Source: Oscillospiraceae bacterium
Lineage (GTDB): Bacteria; Bacillota; Clostridia; Oscillospirales; Oscillospiraceae
Assembly: GCA_017445875.1 (NCBI GenBank)
Contig: JAFSRZ010000005.1
Coordinates: 5,251-69,250, forward strand
Direction of reading: 5' to 3'
Length of the DNA stretch: 64,000 bases
A program made the translations under genes and the position numbers. Positions 19,002 to 30,562 of this stretch are shown one piece after another. Under the pieces are notes generated by a model, which was not told where the DNA came from, ran no database searches, and was given only the letters and a program-made list of their open reading frames with translations. The first letter of the stretch is position 1. Every line of letters starts with the position of its first letter.

Positions 19002-19553
19002 ATGAAAAATGAGTTGACAAATGACATTTTAAGGGTACTATATACAGAGGAACAAATCCGGGAACGCGTCCGGGAACTCGGCGGGGAACTCTCCGAACGC
19101 TTCGCCGGGACACGGCCTCTGTTTGTCGGTATCCTGAAAGGCTCCCTGCTGTTCCTTGCCGACCTCATCCGCGCCTGTCCGCTCCGCTGTGACTTGGAAA
19201 TGATGGCGGTCAGTTCCTACGCCAACGCTACGAAATCCTCCGGGCGCGTCCGTATCAATCACGACCTGCAAGAGGACATTCACGGGCGGGACTTGATTAT
19301 CGTGGAAGATATCCTCGATTCCGGCAACACACTCGCGTTTCTGCAAGAGTACCTCAAGGCCAAGGGCGCGGCGTCCATTACCATTGTCACACTGCTGGAC
19401 AAGCCGTCGGGGCGACAGAAGGCCGTGACCGCGGACTATGTCGGCTTCACGGTGCCGGACGCCTTTGTCGTGGGCTACGGTCTCGACTACGCCCAGCTCT
19501 ACCGCAATCTGCCCTACATCGGAATCCTGAAACCGGAGGTATACGAATCCTGA
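19002..19553 (+). CDS. hpt: Hypoxanthine phosphoribosyltransferase
   Basis: [17 protein letters not shown] motif, FVVGYGLDY. Confidence 0.97.
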   Translation: MKNELTNDILRVLYTEEQIRERVRELGGELSERFAGTRPLFVGILKGSLLFLADLIRACPLRCDLEMMAVSSYANATKSSGRVRINHDLQEDIHGRDLIIVEDILDSGNTLAFLQEYLKAKGAASITIVTLLDKPSGRQKAVTADYVGFTVPDAFVVGYGLDYAQLYRNLPYIGILKPEVYES

Positions 19554-19581
19554 TACGTTCAATCACAAAGGGGGGGTTTTT

Positions 19582-22023
19582 TTGACACGACGAGGCAGTA
19601 ATTTCAGCGTGCTGTTGGCGGCACTGCTCGCCACTCTGCTGTTGAGTTGGGTCTGGCAGTTGAACAACACCCAGCCGGAAATTGAGTATTCCCGCGTCCG
19701 TCAACTGTTCATGCAGGAGAAAGTGGTGTCCTTTGTCGTGGAGGACAACACGTTGACGCTCAATCTGCGCGAGGAACTCAACGGTAGTAAAGTCGTGCAT
19801 TACGACCTCTACGACTTCCAGCTTTTCTACAACGACCTCAACCCGCTCGTGGAAGAGCAGTACGCCAGCGGCATTATACAGAGTTACAACTATCATCAGG
19901 ACCACTCCACGGACTGGATACAGTTAGTCGCGCCGTGGGTGCTTGCCGCGCTGATGATTGGCGTCATGTGGTACATGATGTCGGGGCGCGGACAGATGAT
20001 GGGCGGCGGCGTCGACAGAATGACGCGCTTCGGCATGGCGCGTACGCGTACGCTGTCCGAGAATGACAAGCGGATTACATTTGAGGATGTCGCCGGAGCC
20101 GACGAGGAGAAAGAGGAACTTTCGGAAATCGTGGACTTCCTGAAAGACCCCGAAAAGTATGTGCAAATCGGGGCGCGTATCCCGAAAGGCGTACTTCTTG
20201 TGGGGCCGCCGGGTACCGGGAAAACACTGCTTGCCAAAGCCGTTGCCGGGGAAGCGCAAGTCGGATTCTTGTCGATTTCGGGTTCCGACTTCGTGGAACT
20301 CTATGTGGGCGTGGGCGCGAGCCGCGTTCGAGACCTCTTTGAGCAGGCAAAGCGTACGTCACCGGCTATCGTGTTCATCGACGAAATTGACGCCGTAGGG
20401 CGTCAGCGCGGGGCGGGTCTCGGCGGAGGCCACGACGAACGCGAACAAACCTTGAATCAGCTACTGGTGGAAATGGACGGCTTTTCCTCCAATGAAGGCG
20501 TTGTCGTCTTAGCCGCCACGAACCGCGCCGACGTTCTCGACCCCGCCTTACTCCGTCCCGGACGCTTTGACCGTCAGATTTACGTCGGACTGCCCGATAT
20601 CCGGGGGCGGGAGGAAATTTTACAGGTACATTCCAAGGGAAAGCCGCTCGCGGAAGATGTGGACTTGCACAAACTCGCGCAGGGTACCGCCGGATTTACC
20701 GGCGCGGATTTGGAAAACTTAGTCAACGAGGGCGCGTTACTCGCCGCCCGGAAAAATCGCCCGTTCATCTCCATGGACGACTTGAAGGCCGCCGAAATCA
20801 AGGTCATCGCGGGGCCGGAGAAGCGAAGCCGCGTCATTCCACAGCACGAACGGGAGTTGACCGCGTGGCACGAGGCCGGACACGCCGTGGTCATGTACAG
20901 TCTGCCCGGACAAGACCCCGTCAGCCAGATTTCGATTGTGCCGCGTGGCACGGCGGGCGGCATGACAATTTCCCTCCCCGAAGAAGACCGCTCGTTTTTG
21001 TCGCGGCGCTACATGGAGGACAAAATTGTGTCGTTGCTGGGCGGACGCGTCGCCGAACAACTCTGTATCGGCGACATCTCCACGGGTGCCAGTAACGACT
21101 TGCAACGCGCCACCGATATCGCCCGTAAAATGGTCGCTTCCTACGGCATGAGTGACCGTCTGGGCGCGGTCGCGTTCGACACCGGACACGATGAGGTCTT
21201 TATCGGGCGCAGTATCGCGCAGGGGCGCGTGTACTCGGAATCGGTCGCGGCGGAGATTGACCAAGAAATCAAGGCCGTGTTGTCGAACGCGTACACCCGT
21301 TGCGAGGACATTTTGAAGGAACACCGGACACAGTTAGACGCCGTGGCGCGGTATCTGCTCGAACACGAGACCATGGAGCGGGACGCGTTTGTCGATGTGA
21401 TGAACGGCGTTGAGAACCCGCCGCCGCCGCTTCCGAAGTCGGCCGCCGAATCGAAGGCGAAAGCCGTTGAGAGCGCGGAAACAGTGTCCGACAGCGCCGC
21501 CAAGAAGGACGGACGCGCCACAACGCCGGTACTGTCACGGATTTTGAACCGGAACGCGAAGCGCTCCGGGAAGCCGGACAATGCCGCGCCCCCTCCCCGG
21601 CAGAAATCCGGCGACACGCCGCGACAGAAGCCCGGCAACGATTCGCAACAAAAGCCGGATAACAGTCCGCGACAGAACCCCGCCAGCAGTCCCCAACAAA
21701 AATCCGGCGGCAGTCCGCAACAAAAAAACAGTAGCAGTCCGCGACAGACCCCCGGCAACACGGTCACGCTTGACAAGGACGCCCCCCGCAAGCCGTCCCG
21801 TGATACGCAGTCGAACAACGTCCCCCGTGATACACAGCCGAAAAAGCCCAAACGCGACGCCGAACCCGATAAACCGAAACATGACGCCGAACCGGAGAAA
21901 GTCAAGCACGATACGGAATCAGACAAGCCGAAACGCGATACCGAACTCAAAAAGCCGAAACGCAACCCGGAACCGGTCAAAGACGAACAATCCCCCGAAC
22001 CGGAAACGAGTACGAAAAAGTAA
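19582..22023 (+). CDS. ftsH: ATP-dependent zinc metalloprotease FtsH with ~200-aa low-complexity tail
   Basis: Two TMs, [25 protein letters not shown]. Confidence 0.97.
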   Translation: MTRRGSNFSVLLAALLATLLLSWVWQLNNTQPEIEYSRVRQLFMQEKVVSFVVEDNTLTLNLREELNGSKVVHYDLYDFQLFYNDLNPLVEEQYASGIIQSYNYHQDHSTDWIQLVAPWVLAALMIGVMWYMMSGRGQMMGGGVDRMTRFGMARTRTLSENDKRITFEDVAGADEEKEELSEIVDFLKDPEKYVQIGARIPKGVLLVGPPGTGKTLLAKAVAGEAQVGFLSISGSDFVELYVGVGASRVRDLFEQAKRTSPAIVFIDEIDAVGRQRGAGLGGGHDEREQTLNQLLVEMDGFSSNEGVVVLAATNRADVLDPALLRPGRFDRQIYVGLPDIRGREEILQVHSKGKPLAEDVDLHKLAQGTAGFTGADLENLVNEGALLAARKNRPFISMDDLKAAEIKVIAGPEKRSRVIPQHERELTAWHEAGHAVVMYSLPGQDPVSQISIVPRGTAGGMTISLPEEDRSFLSRRYMEDKIVSLLGGRVAEQLCIGDISTGASNDLQRATDIARKMVASYGMSDRLGAVAFDTGHDEVFIGRSIAQGRVYSESVAAEIDQEIKAVLSNAYTRCEDILKEHRTQLDAVARYLLEHETMERDAFVDVMNGVENPPPPLPKSAAESKAKAVESAETVSDSAAKKDGRATTPVLSRILNRNAKRSGKPDNAAPPPRQKSGDTPRQKPGNDSQQKPDNSPRQNPASSPQQKSGGSPQQKNSSSPRQTPGNTVTLDKDAPRKPSRDTQSNNVPRDTQPKKPKRDAEPDKPKHDAEPEKVKHDTESDKPKRDTELKKPKRNPEPVKDEQSPEPETSTKK
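21595..21975 (+). repeat. Degenerate 24-bp and 27-bp coding tandem repeats in the ftsH tail
   Basis: PRQKSGDT-type octapeptides (about 7) and KPKRDAEPD-type nonapeptides (about 5). Confidence 0.75.
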
Positions 22024-22029
22024 TGACGC

Positions 22030-22064
22030 AGCCGTCCCACTCATCGGAATGGGACGGCTTTTTA
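22030..22064 (+). terminator. Intrinsic terminator after ftsH
   Basis: AGCCGTCCCA / TGGGACGGCT stem followed by T-run. Confidence 0.85.
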
Positions 22065-22478
22065 TTAGTGTAAATCGAGTTCCTCCGGGAACAGAAAATA
22101 GGTGAATGTCCCGCTTCCAAGAAGTGTTTCGCGCTGGTCGGTGATTTTGACCTCAAAGACAGCGGTTGTCTTGCCGTGGTGCAGTTCAGTCGCCACGGCG
22201 GTGAGGATGTCGCCCGGTACCGCCGCGTGATAATAGTGATACGACCCGTCCAGCGTCACAACCTTGTGTCCGTACGTATGCGCCGCCGAGCCACACGTAC
22301 TGTCCGCCAGCGTGAAATATACGCCGCCTTGCGCGTAACCCAGCGGGTTTGTGTCGTCGACTTCCACGGTTTTCCGCGCCAGCGCGTAGCCCTCGCGCAG
22401 TTCCTCCAGCACAATGCCAATGCGCGTGCTGAAACGGTTGTAGTGGTTGCGATAGTCAATCAGTTTCTGAAAGTCCAT
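22065..22478 (-). CDS. PaaI family hotdog thioesterase
   Basis: NPLGYAQGGVYFTLAD motif, 137 aa. Confidence 0.88.
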   Translation of the reverse strand: MDFQKLIDYRNHYNRFSTRIGIVLEELREGYALARKTVEVDDTNPLGYAQGGVYFTLADSTCGSAAHTYGHKVVTLDGSYHYYHAAVPGDILTAVATELHHGKTTAVFEVKITDQRETLLGSGTFTYFLFPEELDLH

Positions 22479-22502
22479 ATATTGTCCTCCTGACGCTTGT
22501 TT

Positions 22503-23906
22503 TCAGACCAGTTTTTCAAAATAGAAGTACAGTTCGTCCTCGCCGACGCGCCGCATGCAGGACGACAACATCTTATAGGACGCGCTGTTTTCCTTGAAAC
22601 ATTTCGCAAGTACCCGGCTCAAATGCACCTGATACAGTCCCCACTCCGCAACAGCGGCGAAGGCCTCCGTACCGTACCCATGCCCGGCGTATTCCGCGCT
22701 GACGCGGCACCCTAATTCGGCACTCCCGCGACAGTCGAAGTTGTACAGCACCGCCTCCCCGATAAATACCCCGTCCAGACGGACGGCGAAGTTTACCGCC
22801 AAACGCCGCGCAAAGTCCCGCGCCGCCACATCGTAGAAACTGCGCGGCGTGATGGGGTCTTTCAGTCCGGCAATGTCGTCGTAGCCCCACCAGCGGTTCC
22901 GGCTTTCGTCCAAAACAAGGTTGTTGTACGCCGGAATATCGTCCTCGGTTATCGCGGAGAGCGTCAGACGCGCCGTTTTGAGTTCGGGAATTGCGTCGAC
23001 ATGCCGCAAGAGTTCATTTTGCGGCTCAAAGCAGTATTTGGGCGCGAGACGTACCGGGGCGTATTGCAGTTTCGACGTACGAAGCCCCCTGTCTGCGGTG
23101 TCGTCCTCCCGGTTGATAATCCGGCACCCCTCCCCGAAGGCCTCCGCAAAGGCCTGTACCAGTGCCGGATATACGCCCGTGTACGAGTAAAGCGCCTTTT
23201 CGACGTGGATAATGAGTGTGCCGCCGCACTTCTCCGCCAGCGCCAGCGCAATCAGTTTGTCACCGTCGAAGTAGCCGCCCGACAGAAACCACGGTTTGTC
23301 AACAAGTTTCAACATCCGTTTGGCGTACGTCAACTCCTTGACGGCCTTTTCGTTGTCGCCCTTGGGGAACTCCGCCTCGAAATCGTGCCAAAACTGTTCG
23401 ATTGCCGGGAAATCGTCCCGCCCCAGCGCACGGAATACCGCTTCCGGACACATCGCCCGGAATTTCTTGATATGATTCCGCTGTCCGGAGTAGCGCCGCC
23501 CGCTGAATAACTGCAAGTCGCGGGGGTCGTAAATGTAATCCTGCCACGTGCGAATGTTGCTGACTTTCGCGTAGGGGTAGCGCGACAGCAGTCGCGCCGC
23601 CTTGCTTTCGGGTACCACCGTAATCCGGGGCTGTACGCCGCTCGACAAGCACTCCTGTTCGATAGCGCACAACGCGGCGTCCTCGTCGCCGCCGGGAAGC
23701 GCTACCGGGTAGTCGAACACCCACCGCCCGTCGTCCTCGTTGCGGATGACCAGACACCCCGCCACTTCCGCCCAGTGCGGTTTGAGTTTGTCGCGCCACA
23801 TGAGTTTCGTACCTAGCGAATACTCGCACAATTCATAATCACACGCCGCGTAATACCGCCGCAGTCGCGCCCCGTCCCGCTTGGTCACTGGCTTGAATAG
23901 TATCAT
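22503..23906 (-). CDS. DUF2156-type GNAT-fold protein fused to a RimJ/RimL-type acetyltransferase
   Basis: DYIY, HVEKA, INREDD..GLRTSKLQY then LKTARLTL..ELG..GHGYGTEA..N.ASYKML. Confidence 0.8.
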   Translation of the reverse strand: MILFKPVTKRDGARLRRYYAACDYELCEYSLGTKLMWRDKLKPHWAEVAGCLVIRNEDDGRWVFDYPVALPGGDEDAALCAIEQECLSSGVQPRITVVPESKAARLLSRYPYAKVSNIRTWQDYIYDPRDLQLFSGRRYSGQRNHIKKFRAMCPEAVFRALGRDDFPAIEQFWHDFEAEFPKGDNEKAVKELTYAKRMLKLVDKPWFLSGGYFDGDKLIALALAEKCGGTLIIHVEKALYSYTGVYPALVQAFAEAFGEGCRIINREDDTADRGLRTSKLQYAPVRLAPKYCFEPQNELLRHVDAIPELKTARLTLSAITEDDIPAYNNLVLDESRNRWWGYDDIAGLKDPITPRSFYDVAARDFARRLAVNFAVRLDGVFIGEAVLYNFDCRGSAELGCRVSAEYAGHGYGTEAFAAVAEWGLYQVHLSRVLAKCFKENSASYKMLSSCMRRVGEDELYFYFEKLV

Positions 23907-24032
23907 ACAGTATCGGCCTCCTCCTTGTCACGCCCCCATGATACCCAATTTTTCCCGGAATTGCAAGGCCTTTTCCATGTACTATACATTTCTATACTAA
24001 AACGGACGCGTGTCGAAATTTTCAAATTTCTG

Positions 24033-24061
24033 TTGCGCCGTGCGGAAAAACGTGGTATAGT
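24033..24061 (+). promoter_or_regulatory. Sigma-A type promoter for the TIR gene
   Basis: TTGCGC-17bp-TATAGT with extended TG. Confidence 0.6.
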
Positions 24062-24088
24062 AGGGCAACGGCGAAGGAGGTGGACAGC

Positions 24089-25126
24089 GTGGAACGGCGG
24101 GATATCTTTATCAGCTACACGAAGAAGGACACGGAACAGGCGGTATGGATTGCCAAGGTTTTGGAGTCACGCAGATATACTGTCTGTATGCAACAATCAG
24201 ACATCAATCCGGGTCAGAGCTTTCTTGGGAAAATGAACGATTTTCTGAAGAATAGCGACTATTTTATCGCGGTCTGGTCGGAGGCCTATTCCCAATCCCC
24301 ATACTGCATAACGGAAATGGAAGCGGCCTTTCATGAGTTCCTCAAAAAGCGAATCAAGGGCTTTCTACCGATTCGTATTGAAAATTATCAGTTGGAACCG
24401 CTCTATTCCGCAATAGTCCATATAGATTTATTTGGAATGAGCAAAACCGAGGCAAAAAGGGCTTTGATAAAAGGCGTGTATTCCATGGCTCCGCCGAACC
24501 CGTCTCCGTCTGCCCAACCAACACCGCCTCCGTCGAACCCGACAACACCGCCCCCGCCTGACCCGCCAGCACCGCCTCCGCCGAAACCTCATCCTATTTG
24601 GAAATTCTTAGCACAGTTCGTCCGTATACTGACAATCATGCTTTTTTGTGTAGACGCGGTTATCTGGCATATGCTGATTCTCCGTCCACCGCCCCAAAAT
24701 GATACGGAAACCGTGACAATAGCTGTGCCGGAAGAGCATAGTACCGAAACGCGTGAACTGTCCGACACGGAACTTTGGCGAATGGGACTTAGATACAGTG
24801 AGGCAGAGAACTATACCAAAGCGCGGGAATATTACGAACAGGCGGCGCGGAAAGGTAACACAATGGCGCTGTATCTCTTAGGCCAACTTTATTATGAGGG
24901 GGCTGGCGTAGATGTCGACTATACCAAAGCGCGCGAATACTACGAACCGGCGGCGGAGCAAGGCAATAAATATGCGCTGTATCGTTTGGCTATGCTTTAC
25001 GAATATGGTCAAGGTGTGCCGATGAACTATCCCAAGGCGATAGAATACTATCAGCAAGCCGCCGACCAAGGTTACGCAGACGCCGCCGCACGGGCAAAAG
25101 CGCTCCGCGCAAAACTCAACGAGTGA
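24089..25126 (+). CDS. TIR domain / Pro-rich linker / TM / Sel1-repeat protein
   Basis: DIFISYT, SDYFIAVWSEAYSQSPYCITE, FLPIRI (TIR); hydrophobic segment; Sel1 repeats ALYLLGQLYYEGAGV; GTG start after AAGGAGG; lower GC. Confidence 0.85.
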   Translation: MERRDIFISYTKKDTEQAVWIAKVLESRRYTVCMQQSDINPGQSFLGKMNDFLKNSDYFIAVWSEAYSQSPYCITEMEAAFHEFLKKRIKGFLPIRIENYQLEPLYSAIVHIDLFGMSKTEAKRALIKGVYSMAPPNPSPSAQPTPPPSNPTTPPPPDPPAPPPPKPHPIWKFLAQFVRILTIMLFCVDAVIWHMLILRPPPQNDTETVTIAVPEEHSTETRELSDTELWRMGLRYSEAENYTKAREYYEQAARKGNTMALYLLGQLYYEGAGVDVDYTKAREYYEPAAEQGNKYALYRLAMLYEYGQGVPMNYPKAIEYYQQAADQGYADAAARAKALRAKLNE

Positions 25127-25990
25127 TTACCGCAAAATATATACTCCCGCGAGTACCAGCGCGACGCCGACAACGCCCGTGACGCCGATTGCCTCGTGAA
25201 ACACCAGTACGCCCGTCAGCGACGCTACCACGGGTTCCAGACTTGCCATAATGGACGCGTGACCCGGTTCGACCCGCGCAAGTCCGGCGGTGTAGAGCAG
25301 GTACGGCAGAACCGTCGAAAACACGACCAGTCCGACAGCCGCGCCGAGTGTCGGCAACGACTGTAACGGCGTCATGTGCGCCGGACGCAAAAACACCAGT
25401 GACGCGCTCCCGGCAAACAGGAACGTCCACACGGTGACAGTCAGCGCCGACGCCGACGCGAGCGCGTAGCGTCCAAAGATACTGTAGAGCGCGTAGAAGA
25501 ACCCCGCGCCCAGTCCGTACAGGACGCCCGCCGGAGTTACCGTCAGGCCGCGCTCGAACAGGCCGCAGACCAGCGCACAACCGCAGAGTGTCAGCGCCAG
25601 CGCAAGCAGTTTCGGACGCGTGACGGGTTCCCGCCACAGCAACGCCGAGAGCGTCACGACAAACGACGGCGCTGTGTACAGCAGTACAGACGCCACAGAC
25701 AGCGAACATATCTTTTGACATGAGAAGTAGCAGACCGTGAACAGTACCACACTCACGACGCCCGTACCGAAGAAGTACGGCAGGCAGGCGCGTTCCACCC
25801 GGAACACAGAACGGTCACGAATCAGAAACACCAGTGACAGTAACACCATGCCGCCGAAATTGCGTATTACCACGATGTCCGTTGGCGACAGTCCCGCCGC
25901 TAACAGTCGGCGGTTCCACAGTCCGATAACGCCCCACAACGCCGCGCCCGTCAGTATTGACAGCGCGGCGCGTTTGTCGGTTGTTGTCAT
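25127..25990 (-). CDS. EamA/DMT family transporter
   Basis: About 10 TMs, LLYTAP, ASLEPV. Confidence 0.9.
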   Translation of the reverse strand: MTTTDKRAALSILTGAALWGVIGLWNRRLLAAGLSPTDIVVIRNFGGMVLLSLVFLIRDRSVFRVERACLPYFFGTGVVSVVLFTVCYFSCQKICSLSVASVLLYTAPSFVVTLSALLWREPVTRPKLLALALTLCGCALVCGLFERGLTVTPAGVLYGLGAGFFYALYSIFGRYALASASALTVTVWTFLFAGSASLVFLRPAHMTPLQSLPTLGAAVGLVVFSTVLPYLLYTAGLARVEPGHASIMASLEPVVASLTGVLVFHEAIGVTGVVGVALVLAGVYILR

Positions 25991-27948
25991 GTTTGACCTC
26001 TCAATTCAATGATTCTGTCACGCAGTGCGGCGGCGTACTCGAACTCTAACATTTTACTTGCCTCGCGCATTGCCTTTTCAAGTTTCCTGATTTCGGCGTC
26101 CCGTTCGGCGTCGGACAGCTTCCGCGCCTTGACGGGTTCGCCCGCCGCCGCCTTTGCGATACTCAGTGTCTCGCGCACGTCCTTGACAATCGTTTTCGGC
26201 TCAATGCCGTGGGCTTTGTTGTAGGCGTCCTGTAACCCGCGCCGCCGCGCCGTTTCGTCGATGGCTCCCCGCATTGCGTTCGTGACCTCATCGGCGTACA
26301 GGATTACAAGGCCGTTGGCGTTACGGGCGGCGCGTCCCATGGTCTGTATCAGCGACGTTTCCGAACGCAAAAAGCCCTCTTTGTCGGCGTCCAGCACCGC
26401 CACGAGACTGACTTCCGGCAAGTCCAAGCCCTCCCGTAACAGGTTGATTCCTACCAGTACGTCAAACTCTCCGAGCCGCAAATCCCGGATAATCTCCATA
26501 CGCTCCATGGTCTTGACATCCGCGTGCAGATAGCGCACCTTGACCCCGGACGCGTGCAGATATTCCGTGAGATTTTCGGCCATTTTTTTAGTCAGCGTCG
26601 TGACAAGGACGCGTTCATTTCGTCCGGCGCGGATTTTGATTTCGGACAGCAAATCGTCAATCTGTCCCTTGACGGGACGCACTTCGACACACGGGTCAAG
26701 TAACCCTGTCGGGCGTATGACTTGTTCTACGACATTGTCGGCCTGTTCGCGCTCGTACTCTCCCGGCGTCGCCGACACATACACGGCCTGTCCGATATGC
26801 GCCTCAAATTCGCTGAACATCAACGGCCTGTTGTCGTACGCGCACGGCAGACGGAAACCGTAATCGACCAGTGTACTTTTCCGGGCGCGGTCGCCGTTGT
26901 ACATGGCGCGTACTTGCGGAATCGTGACGTGACTTTCGTCCACGAACAGTAAAAAGTCGTCCGGAAAGAAGTCAAGAAGCGTCATGGGCGCGGAACCTTT
27001 CGGACGGTTCGAGATAATCCGCGAATAGTTCTCAATGCCCGAACAGTAGCCAATTTCGGATATCATCTCCATATCGTATTCCGTGCGTTGCCGGATACGC
27101 TGTGCCTCCACAAGTTGATTGTTGTCGGTGAACTGCTTCACGCGTTCCTCTAATTCCTCCCGGATTTGGAGAAGGGCGCGTTCCATTTTGGGCTTTGTGG
27201 TGACAAAGTGGCTCGCCGGATAAATCGCCACGTGTTCAAAACGCTGATTGACGGTGCCTGTCACGGGGTGAAATTCACTGATACGCTCGATTTCGTCGCC
27301 GAAGAACTCAACCCGGATTGCGCGGTCACGGTAATAGGCCGGGTAAATTTCCACGGTGTCGCCGCGCACGCGGAAACGGTTCCGGTCAAAGGCAACGTCG
27401 TTGCGCTCGTAACGGTTTTCGACGAGACGCCGTAACAGTTCGTCGCGGCGGAACTCCGCCCCGACACGTAACGAGATTACGAGACTTGCGAAGTCCTCCG
27501 GCTCTCCGAGGCCGTAGATACACGACACAGACGAGACTACTATCACGTCCCGGCGTTCGAGTAAGGCACAGGTTGCCGACAGACGCAAGCGGTCAATTTC
27601 GTCATTGGTCGCGGCGTCTTTTGCAATATAGGTGTCTGTGTGCGGAATGTACGCTTCCGGCTGATAATAGTCGTAGTAGCTGACGAAGTATTCCACGGCG
27701 TTATGCGGAAAAAATTCCTTAAATTCGGCGCAGAGTTGCGCGGCAAGCGTCTTGTTATGCGCTAAAACGAGTGTCGGACGCTGTACGCGCTGAATGACAT
27801 TCGCCATCGTGAACGTTTTCCCAGAACCCGTGACGCCTAACAGAATCTGATTCCGCAGACCGTTTTCGATACCCTGTACCAACGCGTCGACGGCTTCCGG
27901 CTGGTCGCCGGAAAGTTTGTAGTCTGAAACCAGTTCAAAACGGGGCAT
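25987..27948 (-). CDS. uvrB: Excinuclease ABC subunit B
   Basis: [35 protein letters not shown]-terminal UVR domain. Confidence 0.99.
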   Translation of the reverse strand: MPRFELVSDYKLSGDQPEAVDALVQGIENGLRNQILLGVTGSGKTFTMANVIQRVQRPTLVLAHNKTLAAQLCAEFKEFFPHNAVEYFVSYYDYYQPEAYIPHTDTYIAKDAATNDEIDRLRLSATCALLERRDVIVVSSVSCIYGLGEPEDFASLVISLRVGAEFRRDELLRRLVENRYERNDVAFDRNRFRVRGDTVEIYPAYYRDRAIRVEFFGDEIERISEFHPVTGTVNQRFEHVAIYPASHFVTTKPKMERALLQIREELEERVKQFTDNNQLVEAQRIRQRTEYDMEMISEIGYCSGIENYSRIISNRPKGSAPMTLLDFFPDDFLLFVDESHVTIPQVRAMYNGDRARKSTLVDYGFRLPCAYDNRPLMFSEFEAHIGQAVYVSATPGEYEREQADNVVEQVIRPTGLLDPCVEVRPVKGQIDDLLSEIKIRAGRNERVLVTTLTKKMAENLTEYLHASGVKVRYLHADVKTMERMEIIRDLRLGEFDVLVGINLLREGLDLPEVSLVAVLDADKEGFLRSETSLIQTMGRAARNANGLVILYADEVTNAMRGAIDETARRRGLQDAYNKAHGIEPKTIVKDVRETLSIAKAAAGEPVKARKLSDAERDAEIRKLEKAMREASKMLEFEYAAALRDRIIELRGQT

Positions 27949-28636
27949 ACTCGATTATCACTCCATTCTTTCTTGAACTTGTCCCGGAAACAGTCTCCGA
28001 CAGCGACACAAAGTCGTCGTCGGACACAACCATATAATCACGGAACGTTACCCGGACAGTATCGAGCGCCGCCCGGAGTTTTTCGGACAGTGCGCGGTCG
28101 TGTCCCGACAGCGAAATGACGCCGCCTGTCTGACGGCGGCACACCGCCACGTTATCGGCGGCGGATTCCAGCGCGGCTTCGAGCGTACGCCGCACAGGTT
28201 CCGCGCCGTCGAGCGCACAGCAGGACAGAAACGTATTCCCGCCCAGACAGAGTATATAGAACGCCTCCCACGGCTGTCCGCGCACCAGTTCCATGAAATA
28301 GCGTCCGATGTCGCCAACCTCCGCGAACATTTCCGGACAGCGTTCCATGTACTCTAAGAACATCTGCCGCCCGGTCTGTCCGACAAGCGCCAGAAACACG
28401 GCGGCGGATTCGTTCAGGCCGCCCACGGTTCGCAACTGTCTGACGGACGACGACAACAGGTGCCGAAGAGAGCCGTATTTGTTCAGGACAGTTTCCGACA
28501 AGGCGCGGTTATCCGTCCGGGGGAAAACGTAACTGAACAACAGTTCTAATGTTTCCTCCGTGGATAGCGCCTCTATGCCGACTTCTATAAAGCGTTGCCG
28601 GATATCCTCCAAACGGGTTTGCGGCGTTCGTTCCAT
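27935..28636 (-). CDS. RadC-like protein with degenerate JAB/MPN metal motif
   Basis: [16 protein letters not shown], HhH-like region, E.FYIL; HNHPS replaced by CRRQT, and DH replaced by DY. Confidence 0.7.
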   Translation of the reverse strand: MERTPQTRLEDIRQRFIEVGIEALSTEETLELLFSYVFPRTDNRALSETVLNKYGSLRHLLSSSVRQLRTVGGLNESAAVFLALVGQTGRQMFLEYMERCPEMFAEVGDIGRYFMELVRGQPWEAFYILCLGGNTFLSCCALDGAEPVRRTLEAALESAADNVAVCRRQTGGVISLSGHDRALSEKLRAALDTVRVTFRDYMVVSDDDFVSLSETVSGTSSRKNGVIIEYAPF

Positions 28637-28724
28637 AACGTCTCCATTTCTCTGGAAACTCGACAAACCATACAAAAGGCAACCTCATCGCTGAAGTTGC
28701 CCGACTTTTCCAATGGGTTCAATA

Positions 28725-29312
28725 TCAGTCCTTTTTCAGGGACTGTCCAAACTTGAGTTCATCCAAACGCGGCGCGTCGGGTTCGGGCTGTGTGTCCTGC
28801 TCGACGGGTGCGGGTTCGGACTGTGTTTCGGCGTCGTCCTCCGCCGGAAGCGTCACATTCACCTGCATTTGCGGCAACTGTTCCAGAAATTTCATCTCCT
28901 GCGAACACAGTTCGCGCCCGGACGCGATGAACCGCGCCATTTCCGTACGCCCCCGGCGCATACGTTCTTCAAGTTCGGCCACTTCCCGGCGGCAGTCGTC
29001 ACGACGCGCCAAGGCCTCGTCGCTGGCGTTGGCAAGGATTTCGTCGCGGCGTGTTTCGGCGTCTTTCAGGATTCCCTCGGCGGTTCGCTGGGCGGCTAAC
29101 AGCGCCGAACGCATAGCTTCCTCTGTGGCGCGGTACTCCTCGACTTTGTCGACCATGACTTTGAGTTTCGATTTCAGGGTAGCGTTCTCCTTGTGAAGCG
29201 CGGAATAGTCCTCGGCGACGGTCTCCAAAAATTCGTCCACGGCGGATATGGCGTACCCGCGCAAGAGCGCCTTTGTAAATGTATGACCGGAAATTTCCTG
29301 CGGTTTGAGCAT
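28725..29312 (-). CDS. divIVA: DivIVA domain protein
   Basis: LKPQEI..F.KALLRGY...VDEFL followed by coiled coil; ylm-cluster context. Confidence 0.88.
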   Translation of the reverse strand: MLKPQEISGHTFTKALLRGYAISAVDEFLETVAEDYSALHKENATLKSKLKVMVDKVEEYRATEEAMRSALLAAQRTAEGILKDAETRRDEILANASDEALARRDDCRREVAELEERMRRGRTEMARFIASGRELCSQEMKFLEQLPQMQVNVTLPAEDDAETQSEPAPVEQDTQPEPDAPRLDELKFGQSLKKD

Positions 29313-29374
29313 AATGTGTCTCCCTCTCTGCGATTGATGGTGATGGTTGTCGCGTCAACGCGGCGTGGAAGCGG

Positions 29375-29824
29375 TCAGAAGTACAGACCACTGCTTTCAA
29401 GTTCGTCAATCAAGTCCCCCTCGATTTCCACGTGATAGGGGGTGATTAAGTACGTATTGGCGGCGATTTTCTTGATTTTGCCCTCCCCGGCATAGGTCAC
29501 GCCGGAGAGGAAGTCCAACAGGCGTTTGGCCTCCTCTCTGGGCGTGGATTCCAGATTCAAAACCACCGTGCGGCGGCCTTTGAGGTGGTCGGCGATTTCC
29601 ACGGCGTTCTCGAAACGTTCCGGTTTCATGAGCATGACCTTTAACTCGGTAGTGGCGGGAATGCTGACCAGTTTGCCCCGGCGCTCCTCGCCTCTGGGGC
29701 GGCGTTCCTCATAGGAGCCGCGATTACTGCGCGTGTCGGTATTCTCGTCCTCGTAGTCGTCGGGATATTCGTCCTCGTCGGCGTAGGGGTGAGTAATCTT
29801 TCTCAGCTCCTCGAAGATATTCAT
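29375..29824 (-). CDS. sepF: Cell division protein SepF
   Basis: IADHLKGRRTVVLNLE..RLLDFLSG..YLITP. Confidence 0.95.
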   Translation of the reverse strand: MNIFEELRKITHPYADEDEYPDDYEDENTDTRSNRGSYEERRPRGEERRGKLVSIPATTELKVMLMKPERFENAVEIADHLKGRRTVVLNLESTPREEAKRLLDFLSGVTYAGEGKIKKIAANTYLITPYHVEIEGDLIDELESSGLYF

Positions 29825-30531
29825 GGCGTAGCCCCTCCTGTATCATAATGGCGCGCCCCGAAAATGGCTGTGCCAACACGAACCATTGTCGCCCCGGCGC
29901 GAACGGCGTCCTGATAGTCGCCGCTCATCCCCATGGAAAGTTCCATGGACACATTATGAAACAATTTCTCTCCAATGTCAACAGAAAGAGCGCGGACTTC
30001 CTGAAAATAACGCAAAGTTGTGGGGCGGTCGGCGTCGAAAGGCGGAATTGTCATCAGTCCACGCGTCCGGACATGGGGCAGTGTGAGGGAAAGTTCCGCG
30101 GCGCGGAAGAGTTCCGGCGGCGCGAAGCCGCTTTTTGCCGCCTCCCCGGCGATATTGACCTCTAAGAGAATTGGCTGTACGAGATTGAGCGCGGCGGCGG
30201 CCTTTTCGATTTCGAGTAAAAGCGCCTCCGAGCCGACGGACTGTATCAGCGCGACATGTCCGACAACCTGCCGGACCTTGTTCCGCTGTAAATGCCCGAT
30301 AAAGTGTAGCGGTGCGCCGTCATAGGCGTTTTCGGCGAGTTTCGCCCGCATTTCCTGTACGCGGTTCTCTCCGAGGGCGTCGATACCCGCCGCGACTGCC
30401 TCCCGACACGCGGCGGCGTCGTTCATCTTACTGGCACCGACAAGCGTAATGTCGCGGCCTGTGCGACCGGTTTCGCGGGCGGCGGCGTCGATTTTCTCCC
30501 GCACGAGCGCGATATTTTCCGCAATGGACAT
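29821..30531 (-). CDS. yggS: YggS/YlmE pyridoxal-phosphate homeostasis protein
   Basis: GENRVQE, HFIGHLQRNK, LSMGMSGDY, VRVGTAIFG. Confidence 0.95.
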   Translation of the reverse strand: MSIAENIALVREKIDAAARETGRTGRDITLVGASKMNDAAACREAVAAGIDALGENRVQEMRAKLAENAYDGAPLHFIGHLQRNKVRQVVGHVALIQSVGSEALLLEIEKAAAALNLVQPILLEVNIAGEAAKSGFAPPELFRAAELSLTLPHVRTRGLMTIPPFDADRPTTLRYFQEVRALSVDIGEKLFHNVSMELSMGMSGDYQDAVRAGATMVRVGTAIFGARHYDTGGATP

Positions 30532-30562
30532 TCGTCCCACTTCCTTTACATTCTGTTTCTAC

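Noticed and set aside
21141-22040. Long antisense ORFs here and at 49893-50888, 2795-3640 and 61610-62518
   Set aside because: Shadows of GC-rich or repetitive sense genes with no recognisable motifs, unlike the methyltransferase beta frame
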